64,000 nt of DNA from Escherichia coli (GTDB taxonomy: Bacteria; Pseudomonadota; Gammaproteobacteria; Enterobacterales; Enterobacteriaceae): assembly GCF_003018235.1 (NCBI RefSeq), contig NZ_CP027439.1; one strand, 5' to 3'. The notes below the pieces were generated by a model, which was given only the letters and a program-made list of their open reading frames with translations, searched no databases and was not told where the DNA came from. A program made the position numbers and the translations under genes. Of this stretch, positions 10,240 to 19,015 are shown piece after piece; the first letter of the stretch is position 1; each line of letters starts with the position of its first letter.

Positions 10240-10535
10240 GGTTCTCACCACCAAAAGCACCACACCCCACGCAAAAACAAGTTTTTGCTGATTTTTCTTT
10301 ATAAATAGAGAGTTATGAAAAATTAGTTTCTCTTACTCTCTTTATGATATTTAAAAAAGCGGTGGTACTGACTATTTTTATAAAAAACATTATTTTATAT
10401 TAGGGGCGCTGCTAGCGGCGCGGTGTGTTTTTTTATAGGATAACGCCAGGGGCGCTGCTAGCGGTGCGTCCCTGTTTGCATTATGAATTTTAGTGTTTCG
10501 AAATTAACTTTATTTTATGTTCAAAAAAGGTAATC
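10240..10535. other. oriT: nic region, inverted repeats and direct repeats consistent with TraM binding sites
   Basis: Minus strand reads GGTGGTGAGAACCACC...TTTGCGTGGGGTGTGGTGCTTTTGGTGG (F-type nic motif, nick near 10261/10262); direct repeats GGGGCGCTGCTAGCGG at ~10403 and ~10451; AT-rich tracts. Confidence 0.8.
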
Positions 10536-10539
10536 TCTA

Positions 10540-10923
10540 ATGGCTAAGGTGAACCTGTATATCAGCAATGATGCTTATGAAAAAATAAATGCGATTATTG
10601 AGAAGCGTCGACAGGAAGGGGCAAGGGAAAAAGATATCAGTTTTTCAGCAACAGCTTCAATGCTTCTTGAACTGGGGCTTCGTGTACATGAGGCTCAGAT
10701 GGAGCGTAAAGAGTCTGCATTTAATCAGACTGAGTTTAATAAATTGCTTCTTGAATGCGTTGTAAAAACACAATCATCAGTAGCGAAAATTTTGGGTATT
10801 GAGTCTCTCAGTCCTCATGTCTCCGGAAATCCAAAGTTTGAATATGCCAATATGGTTGAAGATATCAGGGAGAAGGTATCATCTGAGATGGAGCGATTTT
10901 TTCCAAAAAATGATGATGAATAA
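10540..10923 (+). CDS. traM: Relaxosome accessory protein TraM
   Basis: 127 aa, MAKVNLYISNDAYEKINAIIEKRRQEGAREKDISFSATASMLLELGLRV. Confidence 0.93.
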   Translation: MAKVNLYISNDAYEKINAIIEKRRQEGAREKDISFSATASMLLELGLRVHEAQMERKESAFNQTEFNKLLLECVVKTQSSVAKILGIESLSPHVSGNPKFEYANMVEDIREKVSSEMERFFPKNDDE

Positions 10924-11039
10924 AAGAAATTTGACTTCGTTCAAATATCAGAGTTTTTATGATTTAAAAGGGTGACAGTACGAAAGATAATTAGTATATT
11001 AATTACGTGGTTAATGCCACGTTAAAATTTGAATTTGAA

Positions 11040-11115
11040 AATCGCCGATGCAGGGAGTTCACGTCTCCCTGCATCGACTGTCCATAGAATCCTTTGTGAG
11101 GAGGTTCCTATGTAT
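11040..11115 (-). ncRNA. finP: FinP-like antisense RNA opposite the traJ leader (approximate)
   Basis: Stem-loop GATGCAGGGAG...CTCCCTGCATC (11047..11075) plus a second stem spanning the traJ RBS and start; position follows the FinOP paradigm. Ends not mapped. Confidence 0.4.
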
Positions 11116-11799
11116 CCGATGGATCGTATTCAACAAAAACATGCTCGTCAAATAGATCTGCTGGAAAATCTGACGGCAGTTATTCAGGATTATCCAAATC
11201 CAGCCTGTATCAGGGACGAAACTGGAAAATTTATTTTTTGCAATACGCTGTTTCATGAGTCATTTCTTACACAAGATCAAAGTGCTGAAAAATGGCTTCT
11301 GTCGCAGAGAGATTTTTGTGAATTGATCTCTGTCACAGAGATGGAAGCATACAGGAATGAGCATACGCATCTTAATCTTGTAGAGGATGTTTTTATTCAG
11401 AACAGATTCTGGACAATATCTATTCAGTCATTTCTTAATGGACACAGAAATATCATTCTGTGGCAATTTTATGATGCTGCTCATGTTCGTCATAAAGACA
11501 GTTATAATCAAAAAACGATTGTCAGTGATGATATCAGAAATATAATCAGAAGAATGAGTGATGATTCTTCTGTATCATCATATGTAAATGATGTCTTTTA
11601 CTTATATAGCACCGGAATCAGTCATAATGCTATAGCAAGAATATTAAACATATCCATCTCCACATCAAAGAAACACGCGTCTCTGATATGCGACTACTTC
11701 TCTGTTTCTAATAAAGATGAGTTAATCATCTTACTCTACAATAAAAAGTTTATTCATTATTTGTACGAGAAGGCTATGTGTATCATAAATACGCGTTAA
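11110..11799 (+). CDS. traJ: Transfer operon activator TraJ
   Basis: 229 aa from ATG at 11110 with RBS GAGGAGG; lies between traM and traY. Confidence 0.8.
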   Translation: MYPMDRIQQKHARQIDLLENLTAVIQDYPNPACIRDETGKFIFCNTLFHESFLTQDQSAEKWLLSQRDFCELISVTEMEAYRNEHTHLNLVEDVFIQNRFWTISIQSFLNGHRNIILWQFYDAAHVRHKDSYNQKTIVSDDIRNIIRRMSDDSSVSSYVNDVFYLYSTGISHNAIARILNISISTSKKHASLICDYFSVSNKDELIILLYNKKFIHYLYEKAMCIINTR

Positions 11800-11891
11800 T
11801 AAAGTGTTAATAAAATATAGACTTTCCGTCTATTTACCTTTTCTGATTATTCTGCAAACATAAGTAGTAACCAGAAGATAAACAGCGGGAG

Positions 11892-12293
11892 GTGTTATTG
11901 AAAAGATTTGGTACACGTTCTGCAACAGGTAAGATGGTAAAACTAAAATTACCTGTAGATGTGGAAAGTCTATTAATTGAGGCAAGTAACAGAAGCGGAA
12001 GAAGTCGATCGTTTGAGGCAGTAATAAGACTTAAAGATCATCTTCACCGCTATCCAAAGTTTAACAGGGCAGGGAATATCTATGGTAAGTCGCTGGTTAA
12101 GTATCTGACAATGCGTCTGGATGATGAAACTAACCAGCTACTTATTGCAGCCAAAAATCGTAGTGGATGGTGTAAAACAGATGAGGCTGCAGACAGAGTT
12201 ATTGATCATTTGATCAAGTTTCCTGATTTTTATAACTCGGAGATATTCAGGGAGGCAGATAAAGAGGAAGATATAACATTTAATACACTCTAG
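11892..12293 (+). CDS. traY: Relaxosome accessory protein TraY (tandem ribbon-helix-helix)
   Basis: LKRFGTRSATGKMVKLKLPVDVESLLIEASNRSGRSRSFEAVIRLKDHL and a second RHH repeat; the true start is probably the TTG at 11898 (GGAGG RBS). Confidence 0.8.
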   Translation: MLLKRFGTRSATGKMVKLKLPVDVESLLIEASNRSGRSRSFEAVIRLKDHLHRYPKFNRAGNIYGKSLVKYLTMRLDDETNQLLIAAKNRSGWCKTDEAADRVIDHLIKFPDFYNSEIFREADKEEDITFNTL

Positions 12294-12325
12294 TTTTATT
12301 CATTTATCCGAAATTGAGGTAACTT

Positions 12326-12685
12326 ATGAATGCTGTTTTAAGTGTTCAGGGTGCTTCTGCGCCCGTCAAAAAGAAGTCGTTTTTTTCTAAATTCACTCGT
12401 CTGAATATGCTTCGCCTGGCTCGCGCTGTGATCCCGGCTGCTGTTCTGATGATGTTCTTCCCGCAACTGGCAATGGCAGCACAGGGCCAGGACCTGATGG
12501 CAAGCGGTAACACCACGGTTAAGGCGACCTTCGGTAAGGACTCCAGTGTTGTTAAATGGGTCGTTCTGGCTGAAGTTCTGGTCGGTGCGGTCATGTACAT
12601 GATGACCAAAAACGTCAAGTTCCTGGCCGGTTTTGCCATCATCTCTGTATTTATTGCTGTGGGTATGGCCGTCGTTGGCCTCTGA
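12326..12685 (+). CDS. traA: Propilin TraA
   Basis: 119 aa with a long leader and hydrophobic mature pilin segment ([19 protein letters not shown]). Confidence 0.92.
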
Positions 12686-12699
12686 CAGGAAATAAAACG

Positions 12700-13011
12700 A
12701 TGTCGGGAGACGAGAATAAACTTAAGAAATATCGTTTCCCGGAAACACTGACCAACCAGAGCCGCTGGTTTGGCCTGCCACTGGATGAACTGATCCCCGC
12801 AGCAATCTGTATTGGCTGGGGTATCACAACATCGAAATATCTGTTCGGTATTGGTGCAGCGGTTCTGGTTTATTTCGGGATTAAAAAACTGAAAAAAGGG
12901 CGGGGCAGTTCCTGGTTACGTGACCTGATTTACTGGTATATGCCAACAGCCCTGCTGCGCGGTATTTTTCATAATGTTCCCGATTCGTGTTTCCGGCAGT
13001 GGATTAAATAG
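12700..13011 (+). CDS. traL: Pilus assembly protein TraL
   Basis: Conserved position and sequence ([21 protein letters not shown]). Confidence 0.88.
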
Positions 13012-13032
13012 AACTGATACCAGGATTGTTAT

Positions 13033-13599
13033 ATGGAACACGGTGCCCGTTTAAGTACCAGTCGTGTAATGGCCATCGCCTTTATATTTATGTCAGTGCT
13101 TATTGTTCTCAGCCTCTCTGTTAACGTCATTCAGGGGGTGAATAACTACCGTCTTCAGAATGAGCAACGCACTGCCGTGACGCCAATGGCATTTAATGCC
13201 CCCTTTGCCGTGTCACAGAACAGTGCCGACGCCTCTTATTTACAGCAGATGGCGCTGTCATTTATTGCCCTCCGTCTGAATGTTTCATCAGAAACCGTCG
13301 ATGCCTCACATCAGGCGCTTCTGCAATATATCCGCCCGGGTGCACAGAACCAGATGAAAGTTATTCTGGCTGAAGAAGCGAAGCGTATTAAAAACGATAA
13401 CGTGAACTCAGCCTTTTTCCAGACCAGTGTTCGTGTCTGGCCTCAGTATGGCCGTGTGGAAATTCGTGGTGTGCTTAAAACCTGGATTGGTGATTCAAAA
13501 CCTTTCACTGATATCAAACATTACATCCTTATTCTGAAGCGGGAAAACGGGGTGACCTGGCTGGATAATTTCGGGGAAACAGACGATGAGAAAAAATAA
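13033..13599 (+). CDS. traE: Pilus assembly protein TraE
   Basis: 188 aa, N-terminal transmembrane segment; conserved gene order. Confidence 0.88.
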   Translation: MEHGARLSTSRVMAIAFIFMSVLIVLSLSVNVIQGVNNYRLQNEQRTAVTPMAFNAPFAVSQNSADASYLQQMALSFIALRLNVSSETVDASHQALLQYIRPGAQNQMKVILAEEAKRIKNDNVNSAFFQTSVRVWPQYGRVEIRGVLKTWIGDSKPFTDIKHYILILKRENGVTWLDNFGETDDEKK

Positions 13600-14314
13600 T
13601 ACAGCAATAATATTCGGCGGCCTGTTTTTTTCCTGCAGCGTGATGGCCGGAGCCGGTACGCTGGCACCCACCGTGGTGCCAATGGTGAACGGTGGTCAGG
13701 CCAGTATTGCCATCAGCAATACCAGCCCGAATCTGTTTACCGTTCCCGGTGACCGGATTATCGCCGTGAACAGTCTGGATGGTGCCCTGACCAGTAATGA
13801 GCAGACCGCCTCCGGCGGTGTGGTGGTTGCCACCGTCAACAAAAAGCCCTTTACGTTCATTCTGGAAACAGAACGTGGTCTGAATCTTTCCATTCAGGCC
13901 GTTCCCCGTGAAGGCGCGGGGCGTACCATTCAGCTGGTCAGTGACCTGCGCGGAACCGGAGAAGAAGCCGGTACGTGGGAAACGTCCACGCCTTACGAAT
14001 CCCTGCTTGTGACCATCAGCCAGGCCGTCCGTGGCGGAAAATTACCCGCAGGCTGGTATCAGGTCCCGGTGACAAAGGAAACCCTGCAGGCCCCGGCGGG
14101 GCTGTCTTCAGTGGCAGATGCCGTATGGACGGGGAATCACCTGAAGATGGTCCGCTTTGCCGTGGAAAATAAAACGCTGTCTGCCCTGAATATCCGGGAA
14201 AGTGACTTCTGGCAGCCGGGAACCCGTGCCGTGATGTTCAGCCAGCCTGCCAGCCAGTTACTGGCAGGTGCGCGCATGGATGTGTATGTCATCCGTGACG
14301 GGGAGGGCAACTGA
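13586..14314 (+). CDS. traK: Secretin-like T4SS protein TraK
   Basis: 242 aa, [21 protein letters not shown] signal peptide. Confidence 0.9.
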   Translation: MRKNNTAIIFGGLFFSCSVMAGAGTLAPTVVPMVNGGQASIAISNTSPNLFTVPGDRIIAVNSLDGALTSNEQTASGGVVVATVNKKPFTFILETERGLNLSIQAVPREGAGRTIQLVSDLRGTGEEAGTWETSTPYESLLVTISQAVRGGKLPAGWYQVPVTKETLQAPAGLSSVADAVWTGNHLKMVRFAVENKTLSALNIRESDFWQPGTRAVMFSQPASQLLAGARMDVYVIRDGEGN

Positions 14315-15741
14315 TGGCCAGTATCAATACCATTGTGAAACGCAAGCAGTACCTGTGGCTGGGGATTGTGGTTGTCGGTACAGCCTCCGCGATTGGTGGG
14401 GCACTGTATCTGTCTGATGTGGACATGTCCGGTAACGGTGAAACCGTGGCTGAACAGGAGCCTGTGCCGGATATGACCGGTGTGGTGGATACGACCTTTG
14501 ATGACAAGGTGCGTCAGCATGCCACCACAGAGATGCAGGTGACGGCAGCGCAGATGCAGAAGCAGTATGAGGAAATCCGTCGTGAGCTGGATGTTCTGAA
14601 CAAACAGCGCGGTGATGACCAGCGTCGTATTGAAAAGCTGGGACAGGACAATGCCGCCCTGGCAGAGCAGGTAAAAGCCCTGGGTGCTAATCCCGTCACG
14701 GCGACCGGTGAGCCTGTACCGCAGATGCCTGCCTCACCGCCCGGCCCGGAAGGCGAACCACAGCCAGGAAACACACCCGTATCTTTCCCGCCGCAGGGCA
14801 GCGTTGCTGTTCCACCGCCGACGGCGTTTTATCCCGGGAATGGTGTCACGCCACCACCACAGGTGACGTACCAGTCTGTGCCGGTGCCTAACCGGATACA
14901 GCGTAAGGTGTTTACCCGTAATGAGGGAAAACAGGGACCCTCGCTGCCGTACATTCCGTCAGGAAGTTTTGCGAAAGCCATGCTGATTGAAGGGGCGGAT
15001 GCCAATGCCTCTGTCACTGGTAATGAATCCACGGTGCCGATGCAGCTGCGTATCACCGGCCTGGTGGAAATGCCGAACAGCAAAACGTATGACGCAAAGG
15101 GATGTTTTGTGGGTCTGGAAGCCTGGGGGGATGTCTCCAGTGAGCGTGCCATTGTACGTACCCGCAATATCAGCTGCCTGAAGGACGGCAAAACCATTGA
15201 TATGCCGATTAAGGGGCATGTCAGCTTCCGGGGTAAAAACGGTATTAAGGGCGAAGTGGTGATGCGTAACGGCAAAATCCTCGGCTGGGCATGGGGCGCG
15301 GGATTTGTTGACGGTATCGGTCAGGGAATGGAGCGTGCTTCCCAGCCGGCTGTCGGGCTGGGTGCCACTGCTGCTTACGGGGCCGGCGATGTCCTTAAAA
15401 TGGGTATCGGTGGCGGCGCATCGAAAGCCGCACAGACGCTCAGTGACTACTACATCAAACGTGCCGAACAGTATCACCCGGTGATACCGATTGGTGCGGG
15501 CAACGAAGTGACCGTGGTGTTCCAGGACGGCTTCCAGCTGAAAACCGTGGAAGAGATGGCGCTGGAGCGCACGCAGAACAGAGCGGAAGAAGATAATCCG
15601 GAAAGTCCGGTTCCTGTTCCGCCATCAGCTGAAAGTCATCTTAACGGCTTTAATACTGACCAGATGCTGAAGCAGCTGGGCAACCTGAATCCGCAGCAGT
15701 TTATGTCCGGCAGCCAGGGAGGAGGCAACGATGGCAAATAA
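14314..15741 (+). CDS. traB: T4SS core protein TraB (VirB10-like)
   Basis: 475 aa with coiled-coil and Pro-rich region; start overlaps the traK stop. Confidence 0.9.
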   Translation: MASINTIVKRKQYLWLGIVVVGTASAIGGALYLSDVDMSGNGETVAEQEPVPDMTGVVDTTFDDKVRQHATTEMQVTAAQMQKQYEEIRRELDVLNKQRGDDQRRIEKLGQDNAALAEQVKALGANPVTATGEPVPQMPASPPGPEGEPQPGNTPVSFPPQGSVAVPPPTAFYPGNGVTPPPQVTYQSVPVPNRIQRKVFTRNEGKQGPSLPYIPSGSFAKAMLIEGADANASVTGNESTVPMQLRITGLVEMPNSKTYDAKGCFVGLEAWGDVSSERAIVRTRNISCLKDGKTIDMPIKGHVSFRGKNGIKGEVVMRNGKILGWAWGAGFVDGIGQGMERASQPAVGLGATAAYGAGDVLKMGIGGGASKAAQTLSDYYIKRAEQYHPVIPIGAGNEVTVVFQDGFQLKTVEEMALERTQNRAEEDNPESPVPVPPSAESHLNGFNTDQMLKQLGNLNPQQFMSGSQGGGNDGK

Positions 15742-16318
15742 TATGTCGTCCCGTCAGGCGTGCCATGCCGCCCGGTATGTTGTCGCCCGGGTTCTGCGAG
15801 GACTGTTCTGGTGTCTGAAATACGCCGTCATTCTGCCACTGGCCACAATGGCCCTGATGGCTCTGTTTGTTTTATGGAAGGACAACACCACGCCGGGAAA
15901 ATTGCTGGTTCAGGAGATCGAGTTTGTAAGGGGCAGAACGCCAGCGGGGTTATATCCGGTCCGATACTGCTCGAACAGTTTTGGTTCCGATTTAGCGATG
16001 CCTCCGTCTGTAACGTGCGGTTTTCGCCGGGGGGATGCTGCAGAATATGCCAGGGAGACTGACCGGTCACTGATGCAACTGTTCACCGCATTATGGGCAA
16101 CGCTGGCACTGATGTATGTCTCGCTGGCGGTGATCTCCGGAAAATGTCCGATGCGACCCGGAAAAATGAAATGTGTCCGGGTGGTAACCGCAGATGAACA
16201 TCTGAAGGAAGTTCTTACGGAAGATGCTTCCCTGCCGGAAAAAATCAGGAAATGGCCTGTTTATCTTCCTGATGACAGAACAAACAGAAACAACGGAGAT
16301 AAAAATGAACATGCGTAA
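15731..16318 (+). CDS. traP: TraP
   Basis: 195-aa membrane protein in the conserved position. Confidence 0.8.
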   Translation: MANNMSSRQACHAARYVVARVLRGLFWCLKYAVILPLATMALMALFVLWKDNTTPGKLLVQEIEFVRGRTPAGLYPVRYCSNSFGSDLAMPPSVTCGFRRGDAAEYARETDRSLMQLFTALWATLALMYVSLAVISGKCPMRPGKMKCVRVVTADEHLKEVLTEDASLPEKIRKWPVYLPDDRTNRNNGDKNEHA

Positions 16319-16625
16319 TATTAATGTTATTACAGCCCTCTCTGTGCCGGGTAAAACCGTGTCAGATGATTTTATTCATGCTGTTCTCAGTAACTGCGCC
16401 ACAAGAATCGTACTTCCTGCACCGGAGAAATTCGGTTCTGAGTCATTGCCGCACAATTTTAATATGGCTGCTGTCGGTGTGATGAAGAAGGGTATGTCGA
16501 TGAGCTTATTTTCTTCTCCGGGGCATATTGTGGTTGCCGGACAATCCGGTGACGGAAAATCTGTTCCGGTGAAAGAACTAATCGACAGAATTATTCAGAA
16601 ATATAAGGAACCCTTCGATGAATAA
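16305..16625 (+). CDS. trbD: TrbD
   Basis: ORF from internal ATG 16305 (GGAG RBS) overlapping the traP 3' end; position-based call. Confidence 0.6.
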   Translation: MNMRNINVITALSVPGKTVSDDFIHAVLSNCATRIVLPAPEKFGSESLPHNFNMAAVGVMKKGMSMSLFSSPGHIVVAGQSGDGKSVPVKELIDRIIQKYKEPFDE

Positions 16626-16869
16626 GCTGGTTTCTGATGGCAGCGTCAAAAAAATAAATTATCCGGTGCTGTATGAGTCCGTAATAACACCTCCGTTATG
16701 TGAAGTCAGTGCACCAGAACCTGATGCGGGTGGGAAACGCATTGTGGCATATGTTTATAAATCATCACGGAATACGGTTTTTGAAAATCCTGACATTGTA
16801 AAAACCTGTACGGTCAGGGATTTGAAGAATGATTTTGTGAACTGCGATGAGAAAGGTGAGGGACAATGA
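16618..16869 (+). CDS. trbG: TrbG
   Basis: 83 aa, conserved position. Confidence 0.7.
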   Translation: MNKLVSDGSVKKINYPVLYESVITPPLCEVSAPEPDAGGKRIVAYVYKSSRNTVFENPDIVKTCTVRDLKNDFVNCDEKGEGQ

Positions 16870-17381
16870 AACAGATTTCTTTATTTATTCCTCTGCTGGG
16901 GACCTTATTACTTTCCGGCTGTGCCGGAACCAGTACGGAATTTGAGTGTAACGCCACCACATCCGATACCTGTATGACGATGGAGCAGGCCAATGAGAAG
17001 GCCAAAAAACTGGAGCAGTCCTCAGAAGCAAAGCCGGTTGCGGCATCACTGCCGCGCCTGGCTGAAGGGAACTTCCGGACAATGCCGGTGCAGACCGTCA
17101 CCGCGACCACTCCGTCCGGCAGCGGGCCTGTAGTGACTGCACTTCCGGAGCAGAAACTGCTGGCACCACGCCCGCTGTTTACCGCTGCCCGGGAAGTGAA
17201 AACGGTTGTTCCGGTCAGCTCAGTTGCGCCGGTAACGCCTCCCCGTCCGTTAAGAACGGGTGAGCAGACGGCAGCATTATGGATAGCACCATATATTGAT
17301 AATCAGGATGTTTATCATCAGCCATCCAGTGTGTTTTTTGTTATTAAACCATCTGCGTGGGGAAAACCACGTATTAATTAA
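16866..17381 (+). CDS. traV: Outer-membrane lipoprotein TraV
   Basis: 171 aa with lipobox LLLSGCAG. Confidence 0.9.
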   Translation: MKQISLFIPLLGTLLLSGCAGTSTEFECNATTSDTCMTMEQANEKAKKLEQSSEAKPVAASLPRLAEGNFRTMPVQTVTATTPSGSGPVVTALPEQKLLAPRPLFTAAREVKTVVPVSSVAPVTPPRPLRTGEQTAALWIAPYIDNQDVYHQPSSVFFVIKPSAWGKPRIN

Positions 17382-17515
17382 CTGGCCCTGAAGTTGTATA
17401 TCAGCCGGCAATGCCGGCGGGCTTTCTGTATTCAAAATCTGCCTGTAAAACGAGTGCCCTGTGCGTGAAAAGGGATGGGCGGTAGCGTGTCAGAACATGT
17501 CGGGAGGAATATTCC

Positions 17516-17737
17516 GTGAGTGATGAAGCCGATGAAGCATATTCAGTGACAGAACAGATGACCATGACAGGAATAAACCGGATACGCCAGAAAATAAATG
17601 CTCATGGTATTCCTGTTTATCTCTGTGAAGCATGCGGTAATCCTATTCCGGAAGCCCGGCGGAAAATATTTCCCGGTGTGACGTTATGTGTTGAATGTCA
17701 GGCGGATCAGGAAAGGCAGAGGAAACACTATGCATAA
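17516..17737 (+). CDS. traR: TraR (DksA/TraR-family C4 zinc finger)
   Basis: 73 aa with CEACGNPIP...CVECQ. Confidence 0.88.
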   Translation: MSDEADEAYSVTEQMTMTGINRIRQKINAHGIPVYLCEACGNPIPEARRKIFPGVTLCVECQADQERQRKHYA

Positions 17738-18203
17738 ATCAGAAACTGAAAAAATAGATTCTATCCTGGATGAACATCAACAGATATATCGCAGACATAA
17801 CCGAATAGATAACATCCTGGCGTTTTTTGCGTGTATTGCATGGATTCCCTGTATTATTGCTGCGTTCGGCGTTGATGGTATATATCTGAAAATCCTGTTT
17901 GCGGTCCTTGCCTGCTGTGGTGCGGTATGCTTTTTTATTTTCTTCTTCACCCTCCTGCCGGAATCACTCATGGTCCTCAGCCGTCAGAGCCTGCTTCAGC
18001 TTATGCGTCTGACTGAAGACGTACCGGATGCGAGACAGGAACTGCTTAACCGTCTGCTGTCCGGTAAAAAACTGACTGGTCGGAATGAAAAGGATATCCG
18101 GCGTCTCTGGCAGGATAAAGTGGATGCAATGCAGGAGTCTGCCACCCGTCAGCGTGAACAGGATACCATTCGGAAGTTTGCTGAAGAGAGTAAATCTGAA
18201 TGA
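17730..18203 (+). CDS. Hypothetical membrane protein between traR and traC
   Basis: ORF from MHKSETEKIDS with two predicted transmembrane segments. Confidence 0.55.
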   Translation: MHKSETEKIDSILDEHQQIYRRHNRIDNILAFFACIAWIPCIIAAFGVDGIYLKILFAVLACCGAVCFFIFFFTLLPESLMVLSRQSLLQLMRLTEDVPDARQELLNRLLSGKKLTGRNEKDIRRLWQDKVDAMQESATRQREQDTIRKFAEESKSE

Positions 18204-18282
18204 AAATCTGCTGTGTTTTATAACCTCATAAGTTAACTGAAGGAATATTCAGTGATTAATATTTAACTGGAGGTAATAAAGA

Positions 18283-18417
18283 ATGCATACCTTTATCTTT
18301 CTTGTGCTGATGAAAAATGTTGGCGGTGGTGGTATCTGGAATATTACACCCATGCCAAATACGGATGTATGTGCACAGATCCTTCGGAGAATAGAAGCGC
18401 GTGGAGGCAGGGCTTAG
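18283..18417 (+). CDS. Small ORF (44 aa) with strong RBS
   Basis: GGAGG 11 nt upstream of the ATG; hydrophobic N-terminus MHTFIFLVLM; below the ORF-track size cut-off. Confidence 0.35.
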   Translation: MHTFIFLVLMKNVGGGGIWNITPMPNTDVCAQILRRIEARGGRA

Positions 18418-18527
18418 GAAATTCAGGGGAGTGTATTGAAGTTAAAACAAATGAACCTTTGAACAACGTGATGGAAACACTGAATGGTGATGGGCAATGA
18501 GTGCTTACTGCTTCGAAGGAAAATGAA

Positions 18528-18890
18528 ATGAAGTCGATATATTTAAAATCTGTTCTGGCTTTTATATTTGTTGGCGTTATGGCTATGTTGATATGTGGTC
18601 TTTTTTACAATGATTACCTTGAGCAACAACCTGCAACACCAGAACAACTGACAGAGATTACACAGGATATCCCCTGTGCAGCAGAAGCATTTAAGGAAGC
18701 TATTAAGTCTGACACATCTGATTATCAGCCTGAACCTTTAAGTCTTGGTAAGGCAAAAGAGCTTGCATCAGCGTGTAGAGAAAGAAACGAAATGGCAGAG
18801 GTGAAACGGGTAAGAGAAAATGAGCGCAATAAGATTCGCGAAAAACAAATTCAGGCATTAAATGATGCTCATTCAGTAAAGGAACGTTAA
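18528..18890 (+). CDS. Hypothetical membrane-anchored protein upstream of traC
   Basis: MKSIYLKSVLAFIFVGVMAMLICGLF N-terminal transmembrane anchor. Confidence 0.55.
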   Translation: MKSIYLKSVLAFIFVGVMAMLICGLFYNDYLEQQPATPEQLTEITQDIPCAAEAFKEAIKSDTSDYQPEPLSLGKAKELASACRERNEMAEVKRVRENERNKIREKQIQALNDAHSVKER

Positions 18891-19015
18891 TCCTGGTTTC
18901 CTGTTAAAAGCCTCCATCTCTTATTTGTGCTGTGGTTTCAGGAATGGCACTGCGTGATATATCCACGGCCACAGACTGATATTTTCCTTTTTTAAACGCA
19001 CTAAGGAATACTCAT

